Shown here: positions 49,374-59,742 of the stretch, one piece after another
How the letters are laid out: each line of letters starts with the position of its first letter
How positions within the stretch are numbered: the first letter of the stretch is position 1
Assembly (NCBI GenBank): GCA_964396245.1
Contig: CAYNEO010000011.1
Span: forward strand, 410 to 64,409
Reading direction: 5' to 3'
DNA from: an uncultured Ignavibacteriales bacterium
GTDB lineage: Bacteria; Zixibacteria; MSB-5A5; GN15; FEB-12
Length of the DNA stretch: 64,000 nucleotides
The notes under the pieces: model-generated
Database searches by the model: none
What the model was told of the DNA's origin: nothing
Seen by the model: the letters and a program-made list of their open reading frames with translations, nothing else
Program-made: the position numbers and the translations under genes

Positions 49374-49646
49374 CGTATCCTCTATCCCCGGGCAAATCTC
49401 CGCCCGGACCGTTTAATATAGATAACTTTGGTCCATATAGCAAGTTAATCCGGCCCGGGCCCTTCTTTGAGTTTGGCTCCGGTTTGCAACTCGCTGTCCT
49501 GCAATTAGGTAGCCCCTGTTGTGGCCGGCGCCGCGGCCGTCAATCCTGACGCTCGTATTGAAATCCCCCTGGAAAAAAAACATGCATCGTTTACCGATGG
49601 GTCCACGTATTGAGACTGTCTGAACAGTATGCAGGGAGAAACCAAA

Positions 49647-50156
49647 ATGATACGCAACCTGAAGTTCGTTTGGGCAGGGCTGATTGTCGTTCTGCTGATT
49701 GGAGGCTGTGGTTCTATGTCTGAGAAGTTTGACCCGGTGGCGGAAAGACCCGTGGTCGAGCAGGTCATCAAGAACTCGATTACGTGGGCGATGAACAAAG
49801 ACACGGAGTTGCTTTACGGGTCATTTATCAATGACTCCACCCTGTTCTATTTCAGCCCGGACAATGCCGGCACTATCTCCGGTTTTGACGCCTTTACGAA
49901 GTTGACCGAAGAAGTATTCATGAACCCGGCGTTCAAGGCGGTCGGTTCCGATTTCAAGGACATGCGGGTCACCTTCTCGAATTCCGGTGAATGCGCCTGG
50001 TGGTCGTGCTACCTCGACGACTTTAACGAATGGGACGGCAGGCCGGCCAACTGGGAGAATGTTCGCTGGACGGGTGTGCTCGAGAAAATCAACGGTGAGT
50101 GGAAAATACGGCAGATGCACTTTTCCCATGCTGTTGAGGATTTCCGGGACGCCTGA
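49647..50156 (+). CDS. NTF2/SnoaL-like lipoprotein
   Basis: lipobox IGGC; RWTGVLEKINGEWKIRQMHFS. Confidence 0.82.
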   Translation: MIRNLKFVWAGLIVVLLIGGCGSMSEKFDPVAERPVVEQVIKNSITWAMNKDTELLYGSFINDSTLFYFSPDNAGTISGFDAFTKLTEEVFMNPAFKAVGSDFKDMRVTFSNSGECAWWSCYLDDFNEWDGRPANWENVRWTGVLEKINGEWKIRQMHFSHAVEDFRDA

Positions 50157-50451
50157 AAAGCGCCCGGGATAAGGCATTCTTGGAGCGATTTAGAAGTGGT
50201 AGCTTCTTAGCGGGGTCGTCATGATTTATGCGACCGTTTTCGGCACTGTCTTCGGTCTTTCATTTTGTATTAGCCGCGTTGATTCGACAAAGAAGGGGTC
50301 GGCGGTAAAAACTCGGGGGCGCCTCTGCCCGAATGCATGAATCGGGGAGTTCACGCATAAATCTCGGCGCGGGCTGGCGAAAGTCGCAATCTATAGCTAT
50401 AGGTACCAGACACGCGGTTCCGTCGGATCCGCACAATTTGAAACATGGCAA

Positions 50452-50880
50452 TTAATGTCCGGCTCCCCAGTTCCGCTTGAAGTTCTCCCCGAGATCAAAG
50501 ATGAAGTCCTTCACTTTCAATACCTTGCCGCCTGCGACCTCAATCACCGTCACGCCGCTATTCTCCCCTTTTCTCCCCTCACGATTCGTGAGGTAAATGT
50601 CCCATCGTACCGAGATGACGTTGTTGCCCGACAGGGCAAAGATATTCTTCACACAGATGTCTTGAATGTGGAAGCATATTTCGGGAAATTGTTGAAAAAA
50701 GCGGCGAAACCAACTTTCGACTGATTGCGTCCCTTCGAACACACCGCTCTCCGGGATATCTCCCGGATAGATGAAAACACCGTCGTCACGCCAGCCGGAC
50801 ATGAACCTCTCCAAATCGTGCCTGTTCATTGCATCGAAAGCGGTTGCTATCGCTTTTCTGGCCATAATTGCACCAATCAT
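50452..50880 (-). CDS. NTF2/SnoaL-like protein
   Basis: AFDAMNRHDL, WRDD, G..G..V.EV.GGKV. Confidence 0.82.
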   Translation of the reverse strand: MIGAIMARKAIATAFDAMNRHDLERFMSGWRDDGVFIYPGDIPESGVFEGTQSVESWFRRFFQQFPEICFHIQDICVKNIFALSGNNVISVRWDIYLTNREGRKGENSGVTVIEVAGGKVLKVKDFIFDLGENFKRNWGAGH

Positions 50881-51172
50881 AACACGCTCCGCAAAAACCC
50901 AGTCTCGGAAACAGACAAGTTGCTCAATAATAATAGCAGTCTATCAAAGCGGAGACGGGCTTCCAAAGAAAAAAAGCGGGCCCCGGCCGCAGTGCACCCG
51001 AGAGTCCTGCTCGCACGCGATCTAGAGAACCACCCCGCTCCCCACAAAATAGAAACCTGCCCTGAGGACCGGTTGTACAAATAGCATACAAGCGCAACAA
51101 TCGTGCGACGGGGAATTGTCACGGCAATCATGTTCTCATCACATACACACATTAGAGCGAGGGTGTACTTGC

Positions 51173-52381
51173 ATGAAGCAATTGTTAATGGCCACCATTG
51201 CAGCTCCGGCGTTCCTTTGTCTGTTCGTATCATGCGGCGCCGTGTCCAAACGGATGCCCGATGAACTCGATCGGATGCACAAGTTCCTGACCAAGGATGA
51301 TCCGCAGGTCTGCCGGAATTATCACTACAACTTCGAGCGCGAGGCTCCGAGGCTGTACGGGGATCAACAGACCGATTCCATTCTTGACATAATCGACTAC
51401 ATCAAGACCGAGTGCGGCCCGACATCCAATTTGGAAGTCACTCGCGCCCTGGTGTTGATCGACAGGGGGCAGTTCGATGATTCTCTGATTGGATCATCGA
51501 CCATCCCTCAGATGCTTCGTTACCGTTCCAGAGAAGAGCGACTGAGCAACTTTGGTCTCTGGGCCCTGTTGTACGGGTCATCGGAACCGGTGGATAACAC
51601 GCATGATCGATTCGAAGAGTTCGAAACGGGACTGGCGGAAAAGACAGCGTCCGACAGCGGAGCTGTGGCTGAAGCCAGGGCTATCGGCTTGTTTTACAGC
51701 GGTAAGTTCGACAGCGCCTTCAGTTATATTCAATCTGAGAAGCTCCGCGGTACAGCCCTGCAAAACCGCTATGAAGAGTTCGCTCAGGAAATAAAGCAGA
51801 AGTACCGGACGCGGGGTAATATCGCCCTGCTCATCGGTAACTGGAGCGGGACAAGCGGGGGTGATGTAATCGGCAGCCATCCTGACCTGGGGTTTCAAAT
51901 GGGGGGCGAGGGTGAACACTGGCGGATAGACGGCATTCTCAGCTACCGGTTTGCCCCGACGACCAGGGAGTATCTTGTGAGTTCGGGTAGTAGCCTGCTT
52001 TCGACCAAACATTTCGACAGTTGGATGGTCGGTCTCGATGTCGGCTACAAGTTTATCGACAACGGCAGTATCAGCACCGACATGTTCTTCGGCATCGGGT
52101 ATGACGCGATTTACAGTGCGCCGCTGGCAGCTGATGAGCGTATCACACATAGTTCGGCGGCGTTCAGTGTCGGGCTGCGACACAGAATCTTCTTTAACCA
52201 GCGCACCGGTTGGTACCTGGGCGGTGTTTTGCGCTATAGCGTGGTTGATTACGCCAACCCGGGCGGCTCACCGTTGCCGGGAAATACGCTGACAATCTCG
52301 CTGGTGACCGGGTGGAGCTATCACTATACACTCAAACAGTTTCTGGAGAAGCTTAACTACAAGGGGGATTGGCGAAGTTAA
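51173..52381 (+). CDS. hypothetical lipoprotein with helical N-half and beta-barrel-like C-half
   Basis: lipobox FVSC; alternating aromatic/Gly strands after about residue 215. Confidence 0.7.
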   Translation: MKQLLMATIAAPAFLCLFVSCGAVSKRMPDELDRMHKFLTKDDPQVCRNYHYNFEREAPRLYGDQQTDSILDIIDYIKTECGPTSNLEVTRALVLIDRGQFDDSLIGSSTIPQMLRYRSREERLSNFGLWALLYGSSEPVDNTHDRFEEFETGLAEKTASDSGAVAEARAIGLFYSGKFDSAFSYIQSEKLRGTALQNRYEEFAQEIKQKYRTRGNIALLIGNWSGTSGGDVIGSHPDLGFQMGGEGEHWRIDGILSYRFAPTTREYLVSSGSSLLSTKHFDSWMVGLDVGYKFIDNGSISTDMFFGIGYDAIYSAPLAADERITHSSAAFSVGLRHRIFFNQRTGWYLGGVLRYSVVDYANPGGSPLPGNTLTISLVTGWSYHYTLKQFLEKLNYKGDWRS

Positions 52382-52399
52382 CGGCATGCGGACAATAAT

Positions 52400-52771
52400 C
52401 TAACCTGAGGGCGTCCCCTGGTGAAAGACCATACGCCAGGAACCGTTGATGAGCTTCCAGATAGAGCTACGTAAAGAACGAATGCCGCCTTCTCGCCTGT
52501 CCAATGTGGCAGTTGCGCGGTATGTGACCAGAGCAACGTCGGGCGCCAGTTGCAGCAGCTTGAAGTCGGCTATAGATAAACGGATGGGTGACTCGGTGGC
52601 GAGTTCTTCGAGGATAGCCTGCTTGTTATAGATTCGGCCGCCGCTTCCGAATTCGACGAATTCATCGGCGAGCAGTTCGGCAATTTTCGCAGGAGAGCGA
52701 CGGACCTCGGGTTTGAGCAGATCTTGCTCGAGGCGGAGGAGCAGTTGTTCGAGGGTTTCTTCGGTTTCCAT
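52400..52771 (-). CDS. DUF4440 (NTF2-like) protein
   Basis: LLADEFVEFGSGG, SLRSSIW...W.MVFHQGT. Confidence 0.88.
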   Translation of the reverse strand: METEETLEQLLLRLEQDLLKPEVRRSPAKIAELLADEFVEFGSGGRIYNKQAILEELATESPIRLSIADFKLLQLAPDVALVTYRATATLDRREGGIRSLRSSIWKLINGSWRMVFHQGTPSG

Positions 52772-52790
52772 GATTGCAACCTTCGATATT

Positions 52791-53405
52791 TTAGTGTTCG
52801 GCAACCGTCTGCAACTGCCCAGAGGAGAACATCTGTGCAGGCGAAATAACTGTCTCGTTGATCGGGATACTATCCCCGTATCGTTCCCTCATCGTGGCTT
52901 TGACTACCGGTTCGGACAGATCGAAGTCTTGCAGCTTCTGTAAGTCGCCGATACGGATGCCGAGACCACGATCATAGATTTTCCATACGAGTTCCGAGCA
53001 ATATACGCGATCATCAGACCACTCGAATGTGAGATCGTAGGGTTTTCCTTCAAATTCCTTTGCTGCTTGACGGAGTTTCGAGATTCTCTCAGGAGTGAGG
53101 ATTGTCTCGGCGTCCCGGAGACGTTTGACGACATAGTGACTACCCTCACCACGTGCTGTCCACTTGTCCAGTGGCGTATACCGCACTGTCTTTATTGCTT
53201 CATAGACGTACGGCTTGCCGTCCCGAATAGATATAATCCCCATATGGCTGTATTTGGAATGGGTTGCCTTTTGAATAGCGGCACTCTGTGCCGATTTTGA
53301 GGTCTGGAAGATGATGTCGCCGTCTTTAACCGCGTCCTGCAACCGGTCAGTACAGCCGGCAAAAATGAGCAGAATAACGTTCAAATACAATAGCAGCCTT
53401 TTCAT
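52791..53405 (-). CDS. yiiX: YiiX/YebB permuted papain-like (NlpC/P60) amidase, lipoprotein
   Basis: GDIIFQTS.S.QS.AIQ.AT.S.YSHMG (His) and YCSELV (Cys). Confidence 0.88.
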   Translation of the reverse strand: MKRLLLYLNVILLIFAGCTDRLQDAVKDGDIIFQTSKSAQSAAIQKATHSKYSHMGIISIRDGKPYVYEAIKTVRYTPLDKWTARGEGSHYVVKRLRDAETILTPERISKLRQAAKEFEGKPYDLTFEWSDDRVYCSELVWKIYDRGLGIRIGDLQKLQDFDLSEPVVKATMRERYGDSIPINETVISPAQMFSSGQLQTVAEH

Positions 53406-53577
53406 CCTATCCCCTTGGCTTCCGGGACTGATCTATAACTGGTTGCGCTTGGATAAGCTAACGCGACCGGTTTTATCAATCAAGTGGTGATTTGCGTCAC
53501 ATCAATTTCTATTGCATCAGGATTGTGTCGTTCATGGTAGATTACAGCTCCACGAATACGAGTATATCTGATTCGTA

Positions 53578-54921
53578 TCACGAAGCGTTGCCAACAGCGG
53601 CCGGGATGATTCGATACTTCAAAAGGTCGTACTGCTGATCCCAAAGATCTGGTCGTACGAAGTAGTCACCGGTGAAGACAACGACCATCTGCAGGCTCTC
53701 GAAGACAAAGATGCTGTTGCCGCCGTTGCCAAAGGCATAGTAGACATCGATAGCACCCACCGGCGTTGCCCACTCGTAAACCCACCAGTTGTAGCCGTAG
53801 TGACTGCGAAATGCCGTAGTCGAGCGTGTCACCCAGTCTTCCGCGACGATTCGATTGCCTTGCCACATACCGCCGTCGAGGTACATCTGACCGATCTTGG
53901 CCATATCGATTCCCCTGAGCTCCAGCTTTCCCGAAATCATGGAGCTGTTAACCGGGTTCCATCCGCTCCAACTGTAATATGCCATGCCCAGGGGTTCGAA
54001 CACGTGAGCGGCGGCGAATTGCGGCAGAGGCATTTGCGCCTCTCTTTCCACGACGTGCCCGGCCAGACGATCACAAAGGCTCTCGTAGTTCAGATATGTT
54101 CCCGGGGAAAAAGCGACCGGCAAATCGAGGTAGAACTTAATCCAGTCGCGGGGACCGATGTTATCGATCCAGAGTTCATAGTCTTCACCCTCGAGCAGGA
54201 AACCGGCGGTCATGGTCAACAGGTGTTTCAGGGTGATCTCTGCCTTCCACGACGACCAGTTTCCGAAAGAGTCATATTCCGAAAAAAACGGATAGAGTGG
54301 CTCTTCGATACTGCTGATAAACCCGCTGTCGATAGCGATACCCATCAGACAGGAGGTGATGGACTTCTCGGCCGAGTAGATGTTCATAGAAGTATTGCGG
54401 CCGGCGCCGTTGAAATAATTCTCGAATGCGAGCTTACCGTTCCTGACGATCAGAAGGCTGTTGATCTTGGGATACGTACCCTTCTCGATATCCGCCGCAA
54501 CGGATCGAATTTCCGACGGATCGATATTCTCGGCAATGAGACTGCTCGTTTCCCAGCCTTCGATCTGCAAACCGGTCACCTGTATGGCGAATTCCTGCGA
54601 GACGCTCCCCGCGTGGTTGCTCGCCACGACCACTACTTTTGAATCAAAGTCACAATCCGATGTCGGCACCCAGGATATAAGGCCGCTCGAAGCATCGACA
54701 GTCATCCCGGCGGGCGCCTCGGTCAGGCTGAAAGTCGGCGCCGGATTGCCGGTTGCTACCACGGCATAGGTGTACTCTTGATTAATGGTGCCCTGCAGCG
54801 GGGCCTCCGAAACGATAGCGGGGCGGACCGGGCTGTTGTCGACGGATTTGTCGCATCCTTGAAGCAACATCAAGAGGAGGATTAGACCCCCAGAAACTTT
54901 TGACACCCTGACAGCGGACAT
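53578..54921 (-). CDS. serine hydrolase (class C beta-lactamase-like) lipoprotein with N-terminal Ig-like domain
   Basis: lipobox LQGC; APAGMT..SG.ISW Ig motif; SAEK (SxxK), LLTMTAG, G.GG. Confidence 0.88.
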   Translation of the reverse strand: MSAVRVSKVSGGLILLLMLLQGCDKSVDNSPVRPAIVSEAPLQGTINQEYTYAVVATGNPAPTFSLTEAPAGMTVDASSGLISWVPTSDCDFDSKVVVVASNHAGSVSQEFAIQVTGLQIEGWETSSLIAENIDPSEIRSVAADIEKGTYPKINSLLIVRNGKLAFENYFNGAGRNTSMNIYSAEKSITSCLMGIAIDSGFISSIEEPLYPFFSEYDSFGNWSSWKAEITLKHLLTMTAGFLLEGEDYELWIDNIGPRDWIKFYLDLPVAFSPGTYLNYESLCDRLAGHVVEREAQMPLPQFAAAHVFEPLGMAYYSWSGWNPVNSSMISGKLELRGIDMAKIGQMYLDGGMWQGNRIVAEDWVTRSTTAFRSHYGYNWWVYEWATPVGAIDVYYAFGNGGNSIFVFESLQMVVVFTGDYFVRPDLWDQQYDLLKYRIIPAAVGNAS

Positions 54922-55068
54922 AATCGCAATGCGACCCTATCGTTTAGCCGAATTCGCCTTGTCTATATCACATACGGTGCGGAAGACGAAATGATTCCAG
55001 GCAATCAGGGAGTAACGACGTGAGGCTGATTGGTGGGGAGCTAGTCCTTTCGCACGACAGCGTATAAA

Positions 55069-55542
55069 TCACCGCACCCTGACCACTCTCGTACCGGCTA
55101 TGCGGTCACCGAATCGGGCGTTGTCCGGTGACTTTGTGATAAGCACGACCCCGAGAATGTTCAACACCGGCAGACTGTCCACGACACGAAGCGCGTTCCT
55201 CACAATGCTCCTGGTGAGTCCCGGCTTCCGGCCCTCGATGCTCATCACCCGGATGCCAACCGCCAACTTGCCCAGGGTCGCTCCGGCAAGACCTTCCAGA
55301 AGGATGAAATAGAGGACAATCATTGCCAGAAAGACAAGGCAAATGGGGTCGGTCACGAACCACCCGCTGGCCCACCGATGGTCGCTTACACCCATTATCC
55401 ACGTACCCTTGACTATCCTCGTTACCGGAAAGAACAACAGGCTCAGAATGGCGAAATCAAGGACAAGGGCCTTGAACCGCGGCCACAGACCGGCGAACTG
55501 GTGATTGTCGGAAGACGGTGAGCCCGGCATAGGTTGCCTCAA
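55069..55542 (-). CDS. RDD family membrane protein
   Basis: RFKALVLD, GATLGK...GIRV, RFGDRIAGT.V; start 55542 or 55530. Confidence 0.9.
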   Translation of the reverse strand: MRQPMPGSPSSDNHQFAGLWPRFKALVLDFAILSLLFFPVTRIVKGTWIMGVSDHRWASGWFVTDPICLVFLAMIVLYFILLEGLAGATLGKLAVGIRVMSIEGRKPGLTRSIVRNALRVVDSLPVLNILGVVLITKSPDNARFGDRIAGTRVVRVR

Positions 55543-55709
55543 ATCCCGCTTGGCTGAGATTATGATTCAACTAACGGAACGCTCCTGTAATATCAGATAT
55601 TTACGGCACAGATGCACTAGATTTGGCATCAAAAGTAGTGCGGATTTTGAGATCTAGCGGTAACGGGTAGGAGCACATGATCGGCGCCATCCGCTGGCGG
55701 CACTGTCAA

Positions 55710-58187
55710 CTAACGGCTGAACTCAATCCGCCGGTTGTCCTCGGAAAACACGCCGATTCCGGCCACCGCAACGGCACAGTGCAAGACTTTGAGAGTGCGG
55801 CTTGCCTGTGTAAATTCGACGACATCCTTGCAGTCATCAATGACCGTCTCCGATTTCCATACAGAATCCTGCGGGGAGAGTCCTACCGACAACCGGTCTC
55901 CGCCGGCGGATGTGTACTTGTATTTCAAGGAGCCATCTGACGAGTTCGGTGTTGATTTCGCAAGCGACCATGAGGCAACCGGAATGAGGTTCAACAGGGC
56001 TCCGCCGGTTCCGGTTGCGCTTCTAATCCAGTCACCGGAGCGCGCGATACCGCCGGTGGCCTTCAACCGGCCTTTCACTGAATTCAACTCCACGATCTCC
56101 GGATCTTTGCCGGAGAACGTGATTTGCCTGATTCCCGTCGGTCGCAGATCGACGCCGCCGCCCACCGACGCTATGAAGTTGGATGATATCTTCAGTTCGT
56201 TATAGTCATCTATATCAGACTGATACCTGGCTGCCTGCAGCTGCCATCTTGCTGCGAGCCGGTTATACTCATCGGTGAGCCTGTTTTGCTGTGCGACAGC
56301 ATTGCTATCCCGTAAGTCAAGCGACTTCTCCCCTTCTTCAATCAGCTGTTTGAGCGAATCCAGTTTGCGGTCATAGGAACCGATCTTGTTGTCGTAATTG
56401 TCGGCCCGAGACTTCATCTTCTGATATTCAACCGAGTTGAGTTCTTCCAGGTCGAGTTGCTTGGAATACTCGTCGGCAACCGCCAGGTACTGCCTGTCGC
56501 TGTCGTCGGGCAAGCACTTATCCAGAAGATCGGAAATGTAGTACACTTTGGAACTGACGCGAATGCCCTCTGCATCAGGTCTCGAAAGTTCCGGAAACGC
56601 AGCGCCGGTAACCGCCAGCATTTTCTTGGTCTTCTTTGGAGTGGAGAATCCCGGAATCTTCACCGACAGCAATTCCTCTAGTTCAACTTTTTCGTTAATC
56701 CTCATTCCTCGCAACCAGTTTACCAGCGACATGATTCGTCCGAGCGTGCTGAGTTCCCGGAATGTCCTGAACGCCCGCTCGTATTGTGCGAAGTTGTGGT
56801 TCAAATGGCTGATCGCACTTCGCACGGCGGGGTTGACGTCGGTTGGCTTGTCCATTCGCTCGACATCGGCCCAGAACTGATTTCTCGCAACCGCACCGAT
56901 AGAGCCGTCACTGACCGTGCTGATGGAATCGGGATAGAACCAATACCGTATGAAGGTGTGGCTCGAATCGGTATGGCCGATGAGCAACCGCTCGTCCTGT
57001 GTCAGGAAGTCCGGGACATATTGAGTGATCCTGTCTTTGACGAGCCGGTGGGTGTTGGGATCAAGCCCGGTGGAGAGGGTTTTGAAGAGCTTATCGGCTT
57101 CGAGGATGACAGAGCCCGCGTGCGTATTCTCCAGGTGGCCGCCGAAGTTTACCTTTGCGTATCTATTATCCTCATGCCTGTCCAGGCTGACGTAGGGAGG
57201 ATTGTTGCCGTAGTGAAAGACCGATCGATAGACAACCGCCAGGTCCGCCAGACTCACGCGCTTGCCTGCCAGAGTCTGGTCGTTAGCCTTCCTTCCGTAG
57301 AAATACAGATCGTTAGCCGGGTCTACTTCGACCGCCTCCAGCCTTACCCCCTCGTCAAGAAATCTTTTGATAGCCGCAAGGTCGATCGATTTGCGTTTCG
57401 GCTCAAGTTCCAGGTCCTCGACGGCAAATGATGTCGGCGTGGTGTTCAACCGCAGTTCTGTTTTGCCGTATTTGTTCAGAAAGACATACACTTCGATGGA
57501 ATCGATTTGTGTATGTTTGCTGTTAATGACGTCGTTGATCGCAAGACGAATCACCGGTTGGTTCAGATCGAAACTCTCTTTGGCATCTGTGCCTGGCACG
57601 AACAGTCTGATTTTCGACTGGTTGTAATACAATTGGTACTGACCCTCACGGAACAGCGCCACCCACGCCGGTTGTTCCGAACCGACGGGATAGTGATTCG
57701 TGATATTGACAAGCGGAAGCGTATCGGGACCATTCAGCGACATTACGACGTCGTTACAGAGAATGGAATAGGGTTCAAGGTACGGCTGCACCACTCCCTG
57801 GTAGTCTTCCGAATATGACGGTATCTCCGAGACAACGGTGCCTATCGTTTTGTTCCCGTGCGTGAATACAGCCGTATCTACCAATCCGCCATAATTGATC
57901 GTGACCCAGTTACTTGGTATCCAGCCGTCAGCCGACGATGTCAGCGCGGCGCCGTTGAGAATTTGTTCGCCCTTGTACATCCAGGCGACGAGTACCGCCG
58001 CGATAGCAAGTAAAGCTACCAGAGCCAGAGCTGATCGACCGAAAACGAAACCGCGCGATGCATTGTGGTAGAACACTGTCTCACACCGTGGACAGGATAT
58101 GCGCACTCTCCGCTTTGTCGCGGGAATCTGAAGTCTTGTGTTACATTGTGGACAGCGAATCTGCTCCCCGAGGTTGTCATCGGCCAT
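55710..58187 (-). CDS. membrane-anchored protein: N-terminal Zn ribbon, TM, DUF1598-like domain, coiled coil
   Basis: CPQC-x17-CPRC; TM; EADKLFK.L..G, RYWFYP, GGVD; heptad stretch near residues 590-670. Confidence 0.75.
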   Translation of the reverse strand: MADDNLGEQIRCPQCNTRLQIPATKRRVRISCPRCETVFYHNASRGFVFGRSALALVALLAIAAVLVAWMYKGEQILNGAALTSSADGWIPSNWVTINYGGLVDTAVFTHGNKTIGTVVSEIPSYSEDYQGVVQPYLEPYSILCNDVVMSLNGPDTLPLVNITNHYPVGSEQPAWVALFREGQYQLYYNQSKIRLFVPGTDAKESFDLNQPVIRLAINDVINSKHTQIDSIEVYVFLNKYGKTELRLNTTPTSFAVEDLELEPKRKSIDLAAIKRFLDEGVRLEAVEVDPANDLYFYGRKANDQTLAGKRVSLADLAVVYRSVFHYGNNPPYVSLDRHEDNRYAKVNFGGHLENTHAGSVILEADKLFKTLSTGLDPNTHRLVKDRITQYVPDFLTQDERLLIGHTDSSHTFIRYWFYPDSISTVSDGSIGAVARNQFWADVERMDKPTDVNPAVRSAISHLNHNFAQYERAFRTFRELSTLGRIMSLVNWLRGMRINEKVELEELLSVKIPGFSTPKKTKKMLAVTGAAFPELSRPDAEGIRVSSKVYYISDLLDKCLPDDSDRQYLAVADEYSKQLDLEELNSVEYQKMKSRADNYDNKIGSYDRKLDSLKQLIEEGEKSLDLRDSNAVAQQNRLTDEYNRLAARWQLQAARYQSDIDDYNELKISSNFIASVGGGVDLRPTGIRQITFSGKDPEIVELNSVKGRLKATGGIARSGDWIRSATGTGGALLNLIPVASWSLAKSTPNSSDGSLKYKYTSAGGDRLSVGLSPQDSVWKSETVIDDCKDVVEFTQASRTLKVLHCAVAVAGIGVFSEDNRRIEFSR

Positions 58188-58190
58188 CTG

Positions 58191-58949
58191 TCATTCCTTC
58201 TCCATCTCTGTCGTGCCCCGGCTGGACCTCCACTCCTGTTTATCTATCATACTGTCCGGCATCTCCCGGACTCTTCGGACCGTTTGGATCGTTGTGTTCG
58301 CGGCGTCATGAGTGACCCGCTCGATCGACGGCAACAGCAGAACGCCAGAAGCCTGAGGTTCTCCTGCCGTCTGTACCTTTCGGACAGGGATGACCGTAAA
58401 TTCGCCGTTCTCATCAACAGCGTAGACGCGGTATCTATTTCCGTCTTTTTTGACAAGCCCGGCCGGATTCGATTCTCTATGTCCAAGACTGTCAACACGA
58501 TATATGCGAATTTCCTGGCCGTTATCATCCCGCTCGATAATACCCGAAGGGCGAATATCTCCGAGTCCCAGTTGGATCAAACTGTAAATTGGGATTGTCT
58601 TGTCACTCGAATCCGCCCCCGCCTTCCGTGCCGATATCAGCTCATTCATTTCGGGATAGCAGACGTGGTAGACGCGACAGCTGCCTTGGTATTCATCGTC
58701 ATCGACTATGGCGTCCGGCGTGATACTCTTGAGACCGTTCTGACCAATGGCGTAAATCTGATATTCACCCGACTCGCTATCTTCATTGAAGATGATGTCG
58801 TGTGTAATCTTTTCCGAACCTGAGCTATCGCCGGAATAAATTGAATTCTGGCCGGCAACCGAACTGATAGTGGCGCAGAGGTATGCAAGGACCAGCGCCG
58901 CGTTCAAACTGATGGCTGCTGGAGAAAACCGATGAGATTTTGGCTTCAT
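58191..58949 (-). CDS. secreted hypothetical protein with three short beta-hairpin repeats
   Basis: GGAGGGG before ATG 58949; YQIYAIGQNG / IRIYRVDSLG / YRVYAVDENG. Confidence 0.65.
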   Translation of the reverse strand: MKPKSHRFSPAAISLNAALVLAYLCATISSVAGQNSIYSGDSSGSEKITHDIIFNEDSESGEYQIYAIGQNGLKSITPDAIVDDDEYQGSCRVYHVCYPEMNELISARKAGADSSDKTIPIYSLIQLGLGDIRPSGIIERDDNGQEIRIYRVDSLGHRESNPAGLVKKDGNRYRVYAVDENGEFTVIPVRKVQTAGEPQASGVLLLPSIERVTHDAANTTIQTVRRVREMPDSMIDKQEWRSSRGTTEMEKE

Positions 58950-59166
58950 GAAGCCCCTCCGGAAAGTCAATCCCCTTATTTTTTGCAATATAAATGTAGA
59001 GGTCCGCCCTTACAAGAGAAATGTAGCCAATCTCCCTCACATCCAGTGTGAGGACACTGCAGTCGCGCTACTCAATGGCCTTAGCAGCACGATTTACCGT
59101 TGCAACGACGCGTCAGACAGACTATTATAAAGGGGTTCGGTTTCCCACGTAACCGAAAGGCACGAT

Positions 59167-59742
59167 ATGAGAGCAACGATATTTGACGGTTCCCGAACAG
59201 ATGACAAATTTCTGACCGATATTCAATCGGTTGTCACAACCGAGCTATCATCGAGCGGCTGGGAAACCGAGTCGTTGATTCTCCGAGAGATGAAAATAAC
59301 TCACTGCGTCGGCTGTTTCCAGTGCGCCACGACTACGCCGGGTCTGTGCCGATTCAATGACGATGGTCGCTCGGTAGCGAAGAACTTCATCCAGAGTGAT
59401 CTGGTCGTATTCCTTTCCCCCGTTACGTTCGGCGGTTATTCGTCCCAGCTCAAAAAGGCGCTGGATCGCATGATCTGCCTGATCTCTCCTTTCTTCACGA
59501 AAATCAAAGGAGAAACTCATCATAAGAAGCGTTACGACAAATATCCGCGCCTGCTGGGGCTGGGTGTTCTCCCCGGTGAGGACGAGCGGAGTGAACGGAT
59601 ATTTACCAAACTGCTCGAGCGTAACGCCATCAACATGCATGCCCCGACACATGAGGCCCTCGTGGTCATCCGCGATCGGTCCATTGACAGCGTTGGAGCG
59701 CAGATACAGCCACTCTTGAGCCGGCTCGGGATATCATCATGA
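59167..59742 (+). CDS. iron-sulfur flavoprotein-like flavodoxin (NADPH-dependent FMN reductase family)
   Basis: DGSR; CVGCFQC-x7-C; SPVTFGG. Confidence 0.88.
   Translation: MRATIFDGSRTDDKFLTDIQSVVTTELSSSGWETESLILREMKITHCVGCFQCATTTPGLCRFNDDGRSVAKNFIQSDLVVFLSPVTFGGYSSQLKKALDRMICLISPFFTKIKGETHHKKRYDKYPRLLGLGVLPGEDERSERIFTKLLERNAINMHAPTHEALVVIRDRSIDSVGAQIQPLLSRLGISS

Noticed and set aside
55567-55716. 11-bp direct repeat TCAACTAACGG 139 bp apart (possible target-site duplication)
   Set aside because: Within chance expectation, and no terminal repeats or mobile gene lie between the copies
50452-58187. Integron cassette array (GTTAGAT at 52398-52404, GTTAGCT near 53456, GTTAGTT)
   Set aside because: No paired inverse core or attC hairpin, some gaps are only about 20 bp, no intI; two of the hits are just TAG stops
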